A DNA stretch of 64,000 nt from Betaproteobacteria bacterium (GCA_022340285.1 JAJDOG010000096.1:24934-88933), one strand, 5' to 3'; counted from the stretch's first letter, positions 22,468 to 33,369 are shown. Notes: generated by a model from the letters alone, not told the origin. A program made the numbers and translations.

Positions 22468-22947
22468 TCATGCCGCCACGGGCTCGGTCTGCGAGCGCTT
22501 GCCCTGGCGCTGGTCGCGCAGCTCGACCACGTTCGCCTGCTTGGCGCGGTGCTGCTCGACGAGCTCTCCTAGCGTCACCGAGCGGAGGAACTCGAAGATC
22601 TGGTCGTTCAGCCGCACCCACAAGTCGTGCGTAAGGCACTTCTGATCGTCGTGGCAGTTTTCCTTGCCGCCGCACTGCGTCGCGTCGATCGGTTCGTCGA
22701 CCGCGATGATGATGTCGGCGACAGTGACCTCGCCCATCGGCTTGGCGAGGCGGTAGCCCCCGCCCGGGCCGCGCGCGCTCTTGACCAGCGCGCGACGACG
22801 CAGCTTGCTGAAGAGCTGCTCCAGGTACGAAAGCGAGATGCCCTGGCGTGCGGAGATGTCCGTCAACGGCACGGGCGATTGCGTGGCATGCATGGCCACG
22901 TCCACCATTGCGGTTACTGCAAAGCGTCCCTTGGTCGTCAGTCGCAT
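22468..22947 (-). CDS. iscR: Rrf2-family Fe-S-sensing regulator, IscR type
   Basis: Track ORF 22468-23007 trimmed to the ATG at 22947 ([16 protein letters not shown]…). The wHTH is followed by the ligand set [16 protein letters not shown] (C-X5-C-X5-C-X2-H), as in E. coli IscR. Confidence 0.85.
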   Translation of the reverse strand: MRLTTKGRFAVTAMVDVAMHATQSPVPLTDISARQGISLSYLEQLFSKLRRRALVKSARGPGGGYRLAKPMGEVTVADIIIAVDEPIDATQCGGKENCHDDQKCLTHDLWVRLNDQIFEFLRSVTLGELVEQHRAKQANVVELRDQRQGKRSQTEPVAA

Positions 22948-23080
22948 GGGTTCATCCCTTTCTTGCCCCGGAACCCGGCCGCGTCGGCGGCGTCGTCCGA
23001 AAGGCATCGTTTGGAGGAGTTGTCAGTGCCCGAGAGGCTCCGACTCGCAACCCCTCGTCTATTCCTGAGAGCCACGGTCA

Positions 23081-23109
23081 ACTATAAAGTTCCCGACTAA
23101 TTCAGTCAA
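23081..23109 (-). promoter_or_regulatory. candidate sigma70 promoter of the iscR-suf operon (TTGACT-N17-TATAGT)
   Basis: The minus strand reads TTGACT (23109-23104), a 17-nt spacer, then TATAGT (23086-23081), in an AT-rich patch about 130 nt upstream of iscR. Confidence 0.5.
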
Positions 23110-23113
23110 CTAT
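23089..23113. promoter_or_regulatory. IscR type-1 binding site
   Basis: GTTCCCGACTAATTCAGTCAACTAT against the remembered consensus ATASYYGACTRWWWYAGTCRRSTAT: all positions match except two in the first triplet. It overlaps the promoter above. The decamer GTCAACTATA recurs at 23078 and 23105. Confidence 0.6.
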
Positions 23114-23323
23114 ATACCGCGGCGCTTCGCCATAGGAAATCGATAAGCGCCTGTTTCAAATTAGTTTTTCTAATCGGCGCCGCGGCACAAACACTCGGTG
23201 CGCCCTGGGCAACCGACTCGGTAAGCGCTTCCGCCCCGCACGGCCACGGGCCGCGCTCCGGCCACGCTCCGGCCAGGGCCAGGAGATGAGGCCCGCGTTG
23301 CATACAGGTTGAAGCGGACGATG

Positions 23324-23400
23324 CTGGCGCGCCCGGCGGGATTCGAACCCACGACCCTTGGCTTCGGAGGCCAATACTCTATCCCCTGAGCTACGGGCGC
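23324..23400 (-). tRNA. tRNA-Arg (anticodon CCG)
   Basis: The reverse complement GCGCCCGTAGCTCAGGGGATAGAGTATTGGCCTCCGAAGCCAAGGGTCGTGGGTTCGAATCCCGCCGGGCGCGCCA folds into a cloverleaf. It has a 7-bp acceptor stem, anticodon loop CTCCGAA, a TTCGAAT T-loop and an encoded CCA. Confidence 0.93.
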
Positions 23401-23522
23401 TCGTGGCGCGGCGGATTCTACCGCATGACCGGCGTCTCGCTCACCACACTGCGCTCGCCGCCGCGGCTCGCTCCTGCGGCAGCAGCGCGGAGCGCCGTGC
23501 GCGAGTGAGGGCGTGGCTCGCT

Positions 23523-23550
23523 TTGCCCGACTGCGGCGGGCGGCTATAAT
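23523..23550 (+). promoter_or_regulatory. candidate sigma70 promoter (TTGCCC-N16-TATAAT) for the cytochrome c gene
   Basis: Hexamers read directly at 23523-23528 and 23545-23550, about 50 nt upstream of the ATG at 23603. Confidence 0.35.
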
Positions 23551-23602
23551 CCGCACCTTTCTCAAGACCTTCCCTTTCCCTTCCCTGTACGAGTCCCCAC
23601 TG

Positions 23603-24169
23603 ATGAGCGCCGAGATGACGTCGCACGACCCCGAAGACCACGCGAGCTTCATCAAGACCCCGCGGCAACTCATCACCATCGTCGTCCTCGCCTTCTTGGT
23701 GCCAGTGGTGCTGATCATCCTGCTTGCCAAGGCGGTGGTCAGCATGCGCGCTCCGGATCCGGCCGTGCTCGCGCCGGAAGCGGTCGCGATGCGGATCAAG
23801 CCGGTGGCCGATGTGGCGATCGACACGACGGGCCGCGCTGCCGCGGCTGCGGCCACCCTCGCCGCGCAAGCGCCCGCGCCGGCGGCATCCGCCCCGGCCC
23901 CCGCTGCTCAGGCGAGCGCAACGGGGGCCGCCGACGGGAAAGCCGTCTATAACCGGGTCTGCGTCGCCTGCCATCAGGCGGGCGTGGCGGGCGCCCCGAA
24001 GTTCGGGGACAAGGCCGCCTGGGCGCCGCGGATCGGAACAGGCATGGATGCCCTGTACGCCAGTGTCCTGAAGGGCAAGGGCGCGATGCCGCCGAAGGCC
24101 GGCCAGCCGGGCCTGGCCGATGCGGAGATCAAGGCTGCCGTCGACTACATGGTGGCGGCTGCGAAGTAG
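23603..24169 (+). CDS. membrane-anchored cytochrome c5-family protein
   Basis: Track ORF 23513-24169 trimmed to the ATG at 23603. It has an N-terminal TM (LITIVVLAFLVPVVLIILLA), an Ala/Pro-rich linker, and a C-terminal class I heme site CVACH with downstream …GAMPPKG-like Met ligand context. Confidence 0.8.
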   Translation: MSAEMTSHDPEDHASFIKTPRQLITIVVLAFLVPVVLIILLAKAVVSMRAPDPAVLAPEAVAMRIKPVADVAIDTTGRAAAAAATLAAQAPAPAASAPAPAAQASATGAADGKAVYNRVCVACHQAGVAGAPKFGDKAAWAPRIGTGMDALYASVLKGKGAMPPKAGQPGLADAEIKAAVDYMVAAAK

Positions 24170-24284
24170 CCCCCAAGATGCCGCTTGCCCCTTGTACCGA
24201 CGACGGATACCTTGTGCACGGGGATTTGAGTAGAATCCGGGCGCGGCAGTAGTCGCCGCCCCAGACGGATCAAAGAACAACTAA

Positions 24285-25424
<1,140 letters not shown>

Positions 25425-25474
25425 CCTTCTAGCAGACCTCACCGACTTTCCGTACCCGACTCGGGAGCGGGCTG

Positions 25475-26032
25475 GTGCGCCTGGGAGACTGGTTCGGGCG
25501 GCTGGAGGAAGGCCTGATCGCCTTCCTCCTCGCCGTGATGACGCTGGTCTCTTTTTCTCAGGTCGTCGCACGGTACGTCTTCAACTACAGCTTCGTCTGG
25601 GCGCTGGAGCTCGTCACGTTCCTGTTCGCCTGGATGATCTTTCTCGGCATGTCCTACGGCGTGCGAGTCGGGTCGCACATCGGGGTGGATGCCCTCGTGA
25701 AGGTGCTGAAGCCGCGCACGGCGCAGATCGTCGGCGCAGTGGCGGCGCTTCTCTGCATCGTCTATGCCGTCATCGTCTTCATCGGCGGCTGGATATACGT
25801 CGGGAAGATGTACGAGATCGGGATCGAAGCGCAGGACATTCCGATCCCGCAATGGGTCCCGCGGCTCATTCTGCCGATCGGCTTCGGACTGCTTGCAATC
25901 CGGTTCGCGGAGGTGCTTTACCGGATCGTGACCGGCAAGGGCGCACGGCTGCTCGGCGACGAAGCGGAAGAAGCCCTCAAGCACCGGCTCGAAAAGCCCG
26001 ATGACGTGCCCGACACAGGTTCGAAGCAGTGA
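25475..26032 (+). CDS. dctQ: TRAP transporter small permease (DctQ family)
   Basis: 185-aa four-TM ORF between dctP and dctM. Its stop overlaps the dctM start by 4 nt. Confidence 0.85.
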   Translation: MRLGDWFGRLEEGLIAFLLAVMTLVSFSQVVARYVFNYSFVWALELVTFLFAWMIFLGMSYGVRVGSHIGVDALVKVLKPRTAQIVGAVAALLCIVYAVIVFIGGWIYVGKMYEIGIEAQDIPIPQWVPRLILPIGFGLLAIRFAEVLYRIVTGKGARLLGDEAEEALKHRLEKPDDVPDTGSKQ

Positions 26033-27306
26033 CCACTGTCATCCTGTTCGTCCTGCTGTTCACGTTCATGCTCATCGGGATGCCGATCGCGGTCGCGCTC
26101 GGCCTCTCGTCGCTTCTCACGATCCTGTTCTTCGGCCAGGACTCGCTCGCCTCGCTCTCGCTGAAGCTCTTCGAGACGTCCGAGCACTTCACCCTCCTCG
26201 CGATCCCCTACTTCATTCTCGCCGGCGCGTTCATGACGACGGGCGGCGTGGCACGGCGGATGATCCGCTTCGCGATCGACTGCGTCGGCCACCTGCGCGG
26301 CGGCCTCGCGATCGCGTCGGTGCTGGCTTGCATGCTCTTTGCCGCGGTGTCGGGCTCTTCGCCCGCGACCGTTGTCGCCGTCGGGTCGATCGTGATCGCC
26401 GGGATGGTGCGCGCCGGCTACCCGAAGCCGTTCGCCGCCGGCGTGATCTGCAACGCCGGCACGCTCGGCATCCTGATCCCGCCGTCGATCGTCATGGTTG
26501 TCTACGGCGCGGCCACCGAGACGTCGGTCGGCAAGCTCTTCATGGCGGGAGTGATCCCCGGCCTCCTGCTCGGCCTGATGCTGATGATCGCGATCTACGT
26601 GCGCGCCCGCATCATCGGCCTCCAACCCCAGCCCCGCGCGCCGCTGCGCGAAGTGCTGGTCGCCGGACGGGACTCGCTCTGGGGGCTGCTGCTGATCGTG
26701 ATCATCCTCGGCGGGATCTACGGCGGCATCTTCACGCCGACCGAGGCTGCGGCAGTTTCGGCCGTCTACGCGTTCATCATCGCGGTGTTCGTCTACCGCG
26801 ACATCGGGCTACGCAACGTCCCGCAAGTGCTGGTCGATGCCGGCAAGGTCACGGTGATGCTGATGTTCATCATCGCCAACGCCCTGCTCTTCGCGCACGT
26901 GCTCACGACGGAGCGCATCCCGCAGGCGATCGCCGAGCAGATCCTGGCGTGGGGAATGCCCTCCTGGGCGTTCCTGATCGTCGTGAACATCCTGTTGCTG
27001 ATCGCGGGCAACTTCATGGAGCCGACCGGGATCATCCTGATCCTCGCGCCGATCCTCTTCCCGATCGCGACCGAGCTCGGCATCGACCCCGTCCACCTCG
27101 GCATCATCATGACGGTGAACCTCGAGATCGGCATGGTGACGCCGCCCGTGGGATTGAACCTGTTCGTGACCGCGGGCATTACCAAGATGTCCATCATGGA
27201 AGTGGTGCGCGCGGCGCTGCCGTGGCTGTCGGTGCTGCTCCTCTTCCTCGTGCTCGTCACCTACATCCCGCAGATCGCGCTGTTCCTGCCCAACCTGCTG
27301 TTCTGA
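26029..27306 (+). CDS. dctM: TRAP transporter large permease (DctM family)
   Basis: 425-aa polytopic ORF typical of DctM (…LLAIPYFILAGAFM…). Confidence 0.92.
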   Translation: MTTVILFVLLFTFMLIGMPIAVALGLSSLLTILFFGQDSLASLSLKLFETSEHFTLLAIPYFILAGAFMTTGGVARRMIRFAIDCVGHLRGGLAIASVLACMLFAAVSGSSPATVVAVGSIVIAGMVRAGYPKPFAAGVICNAGTLGILIPPSIVMVVYGAATETSVGKLFMAGVIPGLLLGLMLMIAIYVRARIIGLQPQPRAPLREVLVAGRDSLWGLLLIVIILGGIYGGIFTPTEAAAVSAVYAFIIAVFVYRDIGLRNVPQVLVDAGKVTVMLMFIIANALLFAHVLTTERIPQAIAEQILAWGMPSWAFLIVVNILLLIAGNFMEPTGIILILAPILFPIATELGIDPVHLGIIMTVNLEIGMVTPPVGLNLFVTAGITKMSIMEVVRAALPWLSVLLLFLVLVTYIPQIALFLPNLLF

Positions 27307-27371
27307 TCTGGAACACGGGTTCCGGCGGGCGTATCCTGTAGCCGCGTACACCCTCGAATTGAAAGAACCGG

Positions 27372-28316
27372 ATGAGAATCGGCGTCATCCTCGATCCCCT
27401 TTCGTCGATCAAGACTTACAAGGACACGACCTACGCCATGATGGCGGAGGCGGCGCGCCGCGGGCACGAGCTCGACTTCATGCTCCAGGAGAGCCTGATG
27501 TGGAAGGACGGCGCCGTGATCGGCGAGCACGCGAAGCTCACGCTGACCGGCGAGAAGGAGCGCTGGTACCACATCGGCCTGCCGCGCGAGACGCCGCTCG
27601 CCGAGTTCGATGCAGTGCTGATGCGCAAGGACCCTCCTTTCGATGCGGAGTACGTGGCGAGCACCTGGCTCCTCGAGCAGGCGGTGCGTGACGGCGCGCG
27701 CGTCTTCAACGATCCGCGCGCGATCCGCGATCACAGCGAGAAGCTCGCCGTCATGGAATTCCCACAGTTCTGCGTGCCGACCCTCGTGAGCCGACTCCCC
27801 GGCCAGGTTCACTCGTTCATCGAGGCGCACGGCGACGTCGTGGTCAAACCGCTCGACGGCATGGGCGGGGAATCGATCTTCCGGGTGACGGACACCGATC
27901 CCAACCGGTACGTGATCGTCGAGACGATCACCGCCCACGGCCGTCGCACCGTGATGGCCCAGCGTTACATCCCGGAGATTCGCGACGGCGACAAGCGGAT
28001 CCTCCTGATCGCGGGCAAGCCCGTGCCGTTCTGCCTGGCGCGCATCCCGAAGCCTGGCGAGACGCGCGGCAACCTTGCCGTCGGCGGCACCGGGGTGGCG
28101 CGGCCGCTCACCGAGCGCGACTTCGAGATCGCGAACGCGCTCGGTCCGGTGCTCGCCAGTCGCGGCCTGCTGCTCGTGGGAGTGGACGTCATCGGCGACT
28201 ACCTGACCGAAGTGAACGTCACCAGCCCCACTTGCTTCCGCGAGATCACCGACCAAAGCGGCTTCGACGTCCCGGGCATGTTCATCGACGCCCTTGAGGC
28301 GGCGGTCGCGAAATAG
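27372..28316 (+). CDS. gshB: glutathione synthetase
   Basis: 314-aa ATP-grasp ORF (MRIGVILDPLSSIKTYKDTTYAMM… ; …VVKPLDGMGG…). Confidence 0.93.
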   Translation: MRIGVILDPLSSIKTYKDTTYAMMAEAARRGHELDFMLQESLMWKDGAVIGEHAKLTLTGEKERWYHIGLPRETPLAEFDAVLMRKDPPFDAEYVASTWLLEQAVRDGARVFNDPRAIRDHSEKLAVMEFPQFCVPTLVSRLPGQVHSFIEAHGDVVVKPLDGMGGESIFRVTDTDPNRYVIVETITAHGRRTVMAQRYIPEIRDGDKRILLIAGKPVPFCLARIPKPGETRGNLAVGGTGVARPLTERDFEIANALGPVLASRGLLLVGVDVIGDYLTEVNVTSPTCFREITDQSGFDVPGMFIDALEAAVAK

Positions 28317-28393
28317 TTCTCCGCCCGCGCGGCCCTTCACAGGGCGGCAAAAAAGGGTTAATTTTGAAGGTTCTAGAGCCAGCGGGACCTCGC

Positions 28394-28801
28394 ATGGTCG
28401 GGATTCTGATCGTCGCCCACGGAACCTTCGGTGAAGCGCTCATCCATTGCGCGAGCCATGTGCTCGGCAAGCGGCCGCTCGCCGTCGCACAGCTTGGCGT
28501 GACGGTGCACGACGATCCCGAAGCATTGCTGCCCCAGGCGGAAGCGCTGCTTGCCGGCCTCGACAAGGGCGCAGGCGTACTGGTGCTGAGCGACATCCTC
28601 GGCGCGACGCCCGCGAACCTTGCGACCCGTCTGCTCGAGCCGGGCCGGGTCGAGGGCCTGGCCGGGGCGAATCTGCCGATGTTGATTCGCGCGATTACCT
28701 ACCGCGACCAACCACTTCCCGCGGTCATCGGCAAGGCAGCCAGCGGCGGGATCGAAGGCGTGGCGCGCCTCGGCAAGGGGCGGGTGGATGCCACGGCTTG
28801 A
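28394..28801 (+). CDS. PTS EIIA component, mannose/fructose family
   Basis: Trimmed to the ATG at 28394 (MVGILIVAHGTFGEAL…, with the phosphorylatable His in the AHG context). It is followed by ptsH and ptsI. Confidence 0.8.
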   Translation: MVGILIVAHGTFGEALIHCASHVLGKRPLAVAQLGVTVHDDPEALLPQAEALLAGLDKGAGVLVLSDILGATPANLATRLLEPGRVEGLAGANLPMLIRAITYRDQPLPAVIGKAASGGIEGVARLGKGRVDATA

Positions 28802-29057
28802 GCTCGAGATTCAGAACAAGCTCGGCCTGCATGCGCGCGCCTCGGCAAAGCTCACACAGACCGCGGGGCGATTCGCGTCCGACGTCTGGATGTCGCGCAA
28901 CGGGCGCCGCGTGAACGCGAAGAGCATCATGGGCGTGATGATGCTTGCCGCCAGCAAAGGTAGTCGCGTCGAGATCGAGGCAAACGGTGCCGACGCGGAC
29001 GACGCGCTCGCCGCGCTGGCGATCCTCATCAACGACAAGTTTGGAGAAGGTGAATAG
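28788..29057 (+). CDS. ptsH: phosphocarrier protein HPr
   Basis: 89-aa ORF with the active-site His context (NKLGLHARAS) and the regulatory-Ser region (NAKSIMGVMML). Confidence 0.88.
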   Translation: MPRLELEIQNKLGLHARASAKLTQTAGRFASDVWMSRNGRRVNAKSIMGVMMLAASKGSRVEIEANGADADDALAALAILINDKFGEGE

Positions 29058-29061
29058 CGCG

Positions 29062-30837
29062 ATGGACCAGCCGCCGCTCGACATCATCCGGGTCGACCCG
29101 CGCGCCACGCAGCACGGGAGCTTCACCCTGCATGGCGCCGGCGTGTCGAACGGAATCGCCATCGGCTATGCGCACCTCGTGTCCACCGCTCGACTCGAAG
29201 TGGCGCACTACGAGATCGAGCCGGATCAGATCGACGCGGAGATCGAGCGCTTCGACACCGCCGTCGCGCAGGTGCGCGGCGAACTGATCGGCCTGCACGC
29301 CAGCGTACCCGCCTCGGCGCCGGCGGAGATGGGGGCGTTCCTCGACGTCCACATCATGATCCTGAACGACTCGATGCTGTCGGAGATCCCGCGCGAGCTC
29401 ATCCGCGCGCGGCGCTGCAACGCGGAGTGGGCGCTGGTGCAGCAGATGGAAATGCTGATCGCGCGGTTCGAGGAGATCGAGGACCTCTACCTTCGCGAGC
29501 GCAAGGCCGACGTCCGGCAAGTGGTCGAGCGCGTTCTCAAAGCGATGCTCGGCACGGGTCAAACACCCGAACATCCCACGCACGAGGAGAACGTGGTCGT
29601 CGTGGCGCACGACTTCTCGCCGGCGGACATGATTCTCTTCAAGCAGCACCAGTTCGCGGGATTTGTCACCGACCTCGGTGGCGTGACCTCGCACACTGCG
29701 ATCGTGGCGCGCAGCCTGGGGCTGCCCGCGATCGTCGGCCTGCACCACGCCCGCCAGATGATCCGGGAGAACGAGCTCCTGATCGTGGACGGCACCGAAG
29801 GCGTGCTGATCGTCAACCCCGACGAGCGGGTGCTCGCCGAGTACCGCCTGAAGCAGTCCGCTCTGCTGATCGAGCGGCAGAAACTGAGGCGCCTGCGGTC
29901 CACCCCGGCGGCCACCCTGGACGGCACTCCCGTCGAGCTGCAAGCCAACATCGAGCTTCCGGACGACGTCGAGGAGGCGCTTGAGGCGGGGGCGACGGGC
30001 GTCGGCCTCTTCCGAACCGAGTTCCTGTTCCTGAACCGGGACGACCTGCCGAGCGAAGACGAGCAGTTCGAGGCCTATCGACTCGCCGCAGAGGCGATGC
30101 CGGACCGCCCGGTCACGATCCGAACGCTCGATCTGGGCGCCGACAAGATCATCAACGGTGCGGATCGGGGCGGCCCCAACCCGTCCCTGGGTCTGCGCGC
30201 CATCCGGTTCTGCTTTGCCGAGCCGGCGATGTTTCTCGCGCAGCTGCGCGCCATTCTGCGTGCCTCGGCTTACGGGAAAGTGCGGCTGCTCGTCCCCATG
30301 CTGGCCCACGCGCACGAGATCGATCAGGTGTTCCAGTACGTGCAGCAGGCCCGCGACACGCTGGAGGCGATGGGCATCCCCTACGACCACGAGATCCAGA
30401 TCGGCGGCATGGTCGAGATTCCGGCAGCCGCGCTTGCCGCGCCGCTGTTCATCAAGCGGCTCGACTTCCTGTCGATCGGCACCAACGACCTGATCCAGTA
30501 CACGCTGGCGATCGATCGAACGGACGATACGGTGGCCCATCTCTACGATCCGCTGCATCCTGCCGTGCTGCAGCTCGTGGCAGGCACGATTCGCGCCGCG
30601 GTCAAGGCCGGCAAGCCGGTTGCCGTGTGCGGCGAGATGGCAGGCGAGGTGGCGCATACTCGGCTCCTACTCGGATTCGGACTACGCCAGTTCTCGATGC
30701 ATCCGGCCCTGCTGCTCCCGGTCAAGCAGCAGGTGCTGCGCGCGACGCTGTCCGAGGCCGAGGCGCTGGCCAGCCGAATCCTGCGCACCGACGACCCCGA
30801 GAAGACCCGTCAACTCCTTGGTAGACTTAACGCATGA
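29062..30837 (+). CDS. ptsI: phosphoenolpyruvate--protein phosphotransferase (PTS enzyme I)
   Basis: Track ORF 28945-30837 trimmed to the ATG at 29062. The phospho-His region GGVTSHTAIVARSLGLPA and the PEP-binding barrel (…FLSIGTNDLIQYTLA…CGEMAG…) are present. Confidence 0.92.
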   Translation: MDQPPLDIIRVDPRATQHGSFTLHGAGVSNGIAIGYAHLVSTARLEVAHYEIEPDQIDAEIERFDTAVAQVRGELIGLHASVPASAPAEMGAFLDVHIMILNDSMLSEIPRELIRARRCNAEWALVQQMEMLIARFEEIEDLYLRERKADVRQVVERVLKAMLGTGQTPEHPTHEENVVVVAHDFSPADMILFKQHQFAGFVTDLGGVTSHTAIVARSLGLPAIVGLHHARQMIRENELLIVDGTEGVLIVNPDERVLAEYRLKQSALLIERQKLRRLRSTPAATLDGTPVELQANIELPDDVEEALEAGATGVGLFRTEFLFLNRDDLPSEDEQFEAYRLAAEAMPDRPVTIRTLDLGADKIINGADRGGPNPSLGLRAIRFCFAEPAMFLAQLRAILRASAYGKVRLLVPMLAHAHEIDQVFQYVQQARDTLEAMGIPYDHEIQIGGMVEIPAAALAAPLFIKRLDFLSIGTNDLIQYTLAIDRTDDTVAHLYDPLHPAVLQLVAGTIRAAVKAGKPVAVCGEMAGEVAHTRLLLGFGLRQFSMHPALLLPVKQQVLRATLSEAEALASRILRTDDPEKTRQLLGRLNA

Positions 30838-31280
30838 TGCCCGCCAATGCCCTTCGCGAAATCTCCGGTGTCCGCCAGGACGAGCCGCAGACCATGCGTC
30901 GCTGGTTCCACAGCGACTACTTCGATCTCTTCGTCTGGCAGACCCCCGACGGGGAGGTGATGTCGTTCCAGCTCTGCTACGGCATCGACACGAGCGAGCG
31001 GGCGCTGGTCTGGCGACGCGAGCTCGGCTTCTTCCACGACGGCGTCGACTTCACCGAGGGCCGACCGGCACGCTCCGCCTCACCGCAATCGGATTCGGAA
31101 GAACCGTTCCCGGCCACCGCGGTCGCGGCGCGCTTCGCGCGCGAGGCGGAAAGCGTGCCGAACGAAATCCGTAACTTCATCATCACGCGGATCCGCGAGT
31201 TTGGCCGGCTTCATCCCTATCCCAAGTCGCGGCGACGGCGCTTCCGCCGGGCAGACTGGCAGCAGCGCAAGCCCAACTGA
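30834..31280 (+). CDS. hypothetical protein, start coupled to the ptsI stop
   Basis: ATGA stop/start overlap with ptsI. The ORF is 148 aa with a strongly basic C-terminus (KSRRRRFRRADWQQRKPN). No family recognised. Confidence 0.45.
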   Translation: MMPANALREISGVRQDEPQTMRRWFHSDYFDLFVWQTPDGEVMSFQLCYGIDTSERALVWRRELGFFHDGVDFTEGRPARSASPQSDSEEPFPATAVAARFAREAESVPNEIRNFIITRIREFGRLHPYPKSRRRRFRRADWQQRKPN

Positions 31281-31312
31281 GCTGCTGCCTCGGGGCGGCA
31301 CCTTCGAAATGC

Positions 31313-31343
31313 GGCGGGGCGCTTCCTGAGAAAGCGCCCCGCC
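31313..31343. terminator. GC-rich stem-loop between convergent genes (possible bidirectional terminator)
   Basis: GGCGGGGCGCTT-cctgaga-AAGCGCCCCGCC, a perfect 12-bp stem. There is no clear U-tract on either strand. Confidence 0.4.
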
Positions 31344-31360
31344 GGTGGAGTTGCATTCGC

Positions 31361-32929
<1,569 letters not shown>

Positions 32930-33110
32930 GACTTGGATGCTCCTTCTTTGCGACTGGACGAATTAAACGCTTATCGTGATTGTGGAGCACATGGTCCGCG
33001 CGGGCTATTGGCTGTGGGTACAGCAGGCCCTGCCCCTTGGTGCAGGTTCACGTTACCGTCCTGCCTGGCACGCCGCCCAGCGCCGAGGGGTTTGACGCTA
33101 CAATTCGTCC

Positions 33111-33190
33111 AACGCGCCGATTTGAACGTCAGCTTGCGGGCGCGACCCGGCTTGCATCACCGCCGGGGACAAATGCGGCTAAAGCGAGGG
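33111..33190 (+). promoter_or_regulatory. candidate SAM-II-like riboswitch aptamer in the metX leader
   Basis: The + strand leader contains GATTT (33119-33123), GCTTG (33132-33136 and 33150-33154) and TAAAGC (33180-33185). These resemble the conserved AUUU / GCUU / AAAGC pseudoknot elements of SAM-II as I remember them. A terminator follows. TACAAT at 33099-33104 could be the -10. No covariance model was run. Confidence 0.3.
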
Positions 33191-33192
33191 TG

Positions 33193-33231
33193 ACCCGTTC
33201 GAGCCGTGAAGCTGAACGGGTTTTTTGTTTT
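33193..33231 (+). terminator. intrinsic terminator (attenuator) in the metX leader
   Basis: ACCCGTTC (33193-33200) pairs with GAACGGGT (33214-33221), followed by TTTTTTGTTTT. There is no upstream + strand gene to terminate, so it behaves as a leader attenuator. Confidence 0.7.
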
Positions 33232-33246
33232 GGAGCACGATGTTTT

Positions 33247-33352
33247 CCCCTCCTCCCCGAGGAGGGGTGCCGCCGGAGGCGGCGGGGTGGTGTGCAACGC
33301 TCGCCGAACCACTCCGGCTGCTTCGCAGCCACCCCTCCTTGAAAAGGAGGGG
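33247..33352. repeat. REP/MITE-like structured element bounded by twin hairpins CCCCTCCT-N5-AGGAGGGG
   Basis: Hairpin 1 is 33247-33267 and hairpin 5 is 33332-33352, with identical 8-bp arms. Three further short hairpins lie between them. GGAGGGGTG (33261-33269) is exactly complementary to CACCCCTCC (33330-33338). Confidence 0.5.
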
Positions 33353-33369
33353 AAGAGAAGAATCGACAG

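Noticed and set aside
23170-23856. 228-aa minus-strand ORF spanning the tRNA-Arg gene and the cytochrome c5 N-terminus.
   Set aside because: It overlaps a clear tRNA and is antisense to a gene with a heme-binding motif. The translation is low-complexity Ala/Arg/Ser, so I treat it as spurious.
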